From: Mytilus californianus
Lineage: Eukaryota
Length of the DNA stretch: 64,000 bases
Direction of reading: 5' to 3'
Assembly: GCF_021869535.1 (NCBI RefSeq)
Contig: NW_026262659.1
Coordinates: 5,084,001 to 5,148,000 of the forward strand
The first letter of the stretch is position 1, and each line of letters opens with the position of its first letter. Made by a program: the position numbers and the translations under genes. A model generated the notes under the pieces. The model was given only the letters and a program-made list of their open reading frames with translations. It ran no database searches and had not been told where the DNA came from. Positions 61,925-64,000 of this stretch are shown here, piece after piece.

Positions 61925-64000
61925 CTGAAATCAAAATTTTCAAAACATTTTCATTTAATAGTTAAATAACAGTAGGAAAGAAAGTTTGCATATAAAATGT
62001 ATAGAAGAAATGAACGTTAAATTTCACGAATAGTGCTGCAAAATAACAAGAAATTAACACATTTTGCCAGAAGTGTATTTTAAATGTATGGTACCTTAAA
62101 AATGAGAAACAAAGGGTACCTTGGAAAAAAGTTGTGAATAAACTGAAATAAGTCTGCTGGTTTCTCGTGCTTTCAATTTTCACTAAATATTGATTATATC
62201 CGTCTGACCTGCGTTTCACTAAAACTCTTACCACTAAAATTGATCGTAAGTATATAGAATTGTCCTTGACTTACTCTCAATTTTTGTCGTAAGATGTTTT
62301 TGTTAAACGAGGCCAGGTTTTTTCCTAGAGCATGCAATGAAATTATATCGTGTTGTTTTATGTATCTGCTAGTCTGTCATGTTTAAGTTTCGATACGCAA
62401 GCGGATCAAACGAAATATTTTCCATAAAAAATTAATGAATATAGTGCTGTCGTTCTCGTCTGGATTTTGTTTTGTCTTGAAAAAAAACCACAAAAAAAAA
62501 ACAAAAACAAGACAAACAAAAATGTATAACAAAAATACCGAACTCCATGGTAAATTAAAAAAGAGAAAGTCTACAAAAAAAATGACAAAATCAAACGAGT
62601 GAGAAACAACTGTCATATTCCTGACTTGGTATAGGCATCTTCCGAAGAAAATGGTGGGTTAAACCTGGTTAATAACTAGCCTAACCTCCCACTTGTATGA
62701 TAGTTGTTTATAATTCCGTTATATTGACAAACCCAAACAGACATAACAGGTAAATGTGACAATAATTGGGATCCAGCAGCCAAAATTGTGTAAAAATACA
62801 TCACAACTGTCTAAAAAATTTTAACACACATACAAATAAATCTAACTAAGACGCCAACAAAAAATGTGTTGCAGTTGATAGTACATTTGACAATCAAGAT
62901 AAACCACGTATCCAAAACATCCTAATCTACAAACATGAAAATTAGTATAAATGCATTTCACGAATTCCAACAAATAAAGATAGTTTTTATACTGATCATC
63001 AAGTTCCCATTTAATGTAATCATTAGATTAACCTTAATCGAGTAATTAACCTCTTTGATAAATCTATTAGTATTAGATAAACTTATCAATGGTGTGTTTC
63101 AGTAGGAAAGAAATGCCATCGTGACACTATTAACACTGTGTCCAGGATTGATATGTTTTGTATTATAGACAACATGCTATTCTTATATAGGTGGTTCCTT
63201 CGCTTATCTATACAGGATAATTCATATGATTTATCAAACTCATTACCAATATTGTATTTGGTCCATAGGTTTTTTTTGGTAGGGTTCATGTTGCTCAGTT
63301 TTTAATTTTCTGTGTAGTATTTTGTGAACTTAGGTGTATTCATCGTTTTTTTCTTGAGGGGAGAGGGGGCATGGTGTTGCCTAATTTAATTCGATTTATG
63401 GTAATAATAATTGCCACTTGGTAAATTCTCCCCTTTAAAGTGTTTTTTATATTTCTTAAAATCTTTTGTGTTTTGCAGTTTTTGCATCGACAATCACCCA
63501 TTGAATATGGGTTTAACAGATACAAGTTGATAGCAATCGTAATTTCTGACCAAAAGCCAAAGTTCTTCTAAAAAATATTTTGAAATCTTAATTACCTATA
63601 AATATCTGCATACCTACGGTAGCATAGCTATATTTGTAAATCTTAAATATCTTTTTTCAATCATATTCAGTAGTAGTTAGATATTGAAATTAATTGTCAT
63701 TTTTTTCTTAAAAAGTTCTGTACCAAGTCAGAAAAATGGCCATTGTTATATTATAGTTCGTTTCTGTGTGTGTTACATTTTAATGTGTGTCTGTTGTGTC
63801 GTAGTTCTCCTCTTATATTTGATGTGTTTCCCTCAGTTTTAGTTTGTAACCCGGATTTGTTTTTTTCTCAATCGATTTATGAATTTCGAACAGCGGTATA
63901 CTACTGTTGCCTTTATTTTTGATCTCTGGGCCGATGTAAAACGTCTTTAAAAACTGTACAGAACAGGTCTGTCGACCTCAAGCGTTTAATCTTAACAGTA

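Noticed and set aside
61925-64000. Search for the SxxK exon and start of the beta-lactamase-like gene
   Set aside because: No minus-strand segment with SxxK and valid splice sites was found; presumed beyond the window.

Overview
AT-rich, repeat-dense animal genomic DNA. The repeat families look like those of bivalves, most likely Mytilus; this is recognition from memory, not a database search. Three spliced protein-coding genes could be reconstructed by hand, each with GT-AG introns and consistent phases. (1) A complete minus-strand gene (8020-14986, 8 coding exons, 590 aa) for a secreted protein with galaxin-type dicysteine repeats and a C-terminal NTR/netrin-like module. (2) The 3' half of NEK1 on the plus strand (11 coding exons, 21628-37987). 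Its kinase exons lie left of the window, so gene 1 appears nested antisense in a NEK1 intron. (3) The 3' part of a beta-lactamase/serine-hydrolase-like (Gigasin-6-like) gene on the minus strand (54163-61924), with a probable GPI signal. Mobile DNA includes a decayed piggyBac with an intron-containing transposase, non-autonomous piggyBac-like elements, Helentron-associated (HINE-like) elements, MITEs, a CR1/L2-type LINE fragment and Penelope-like (Naiad-type) fragments. There are three minisatellites. The most unusual observations are a 52-bp array built from a NEK1 exon end plus its splice donor, a duplicated signal-peptide first exon and a decayed in-frame tail in the nested gene, direct HINE copies flanking that gene, candidate alternative last exons of NEK1, and the spliced piggyBac transposase. 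No rRNA, tRNA gene or CRISPR array is supported.
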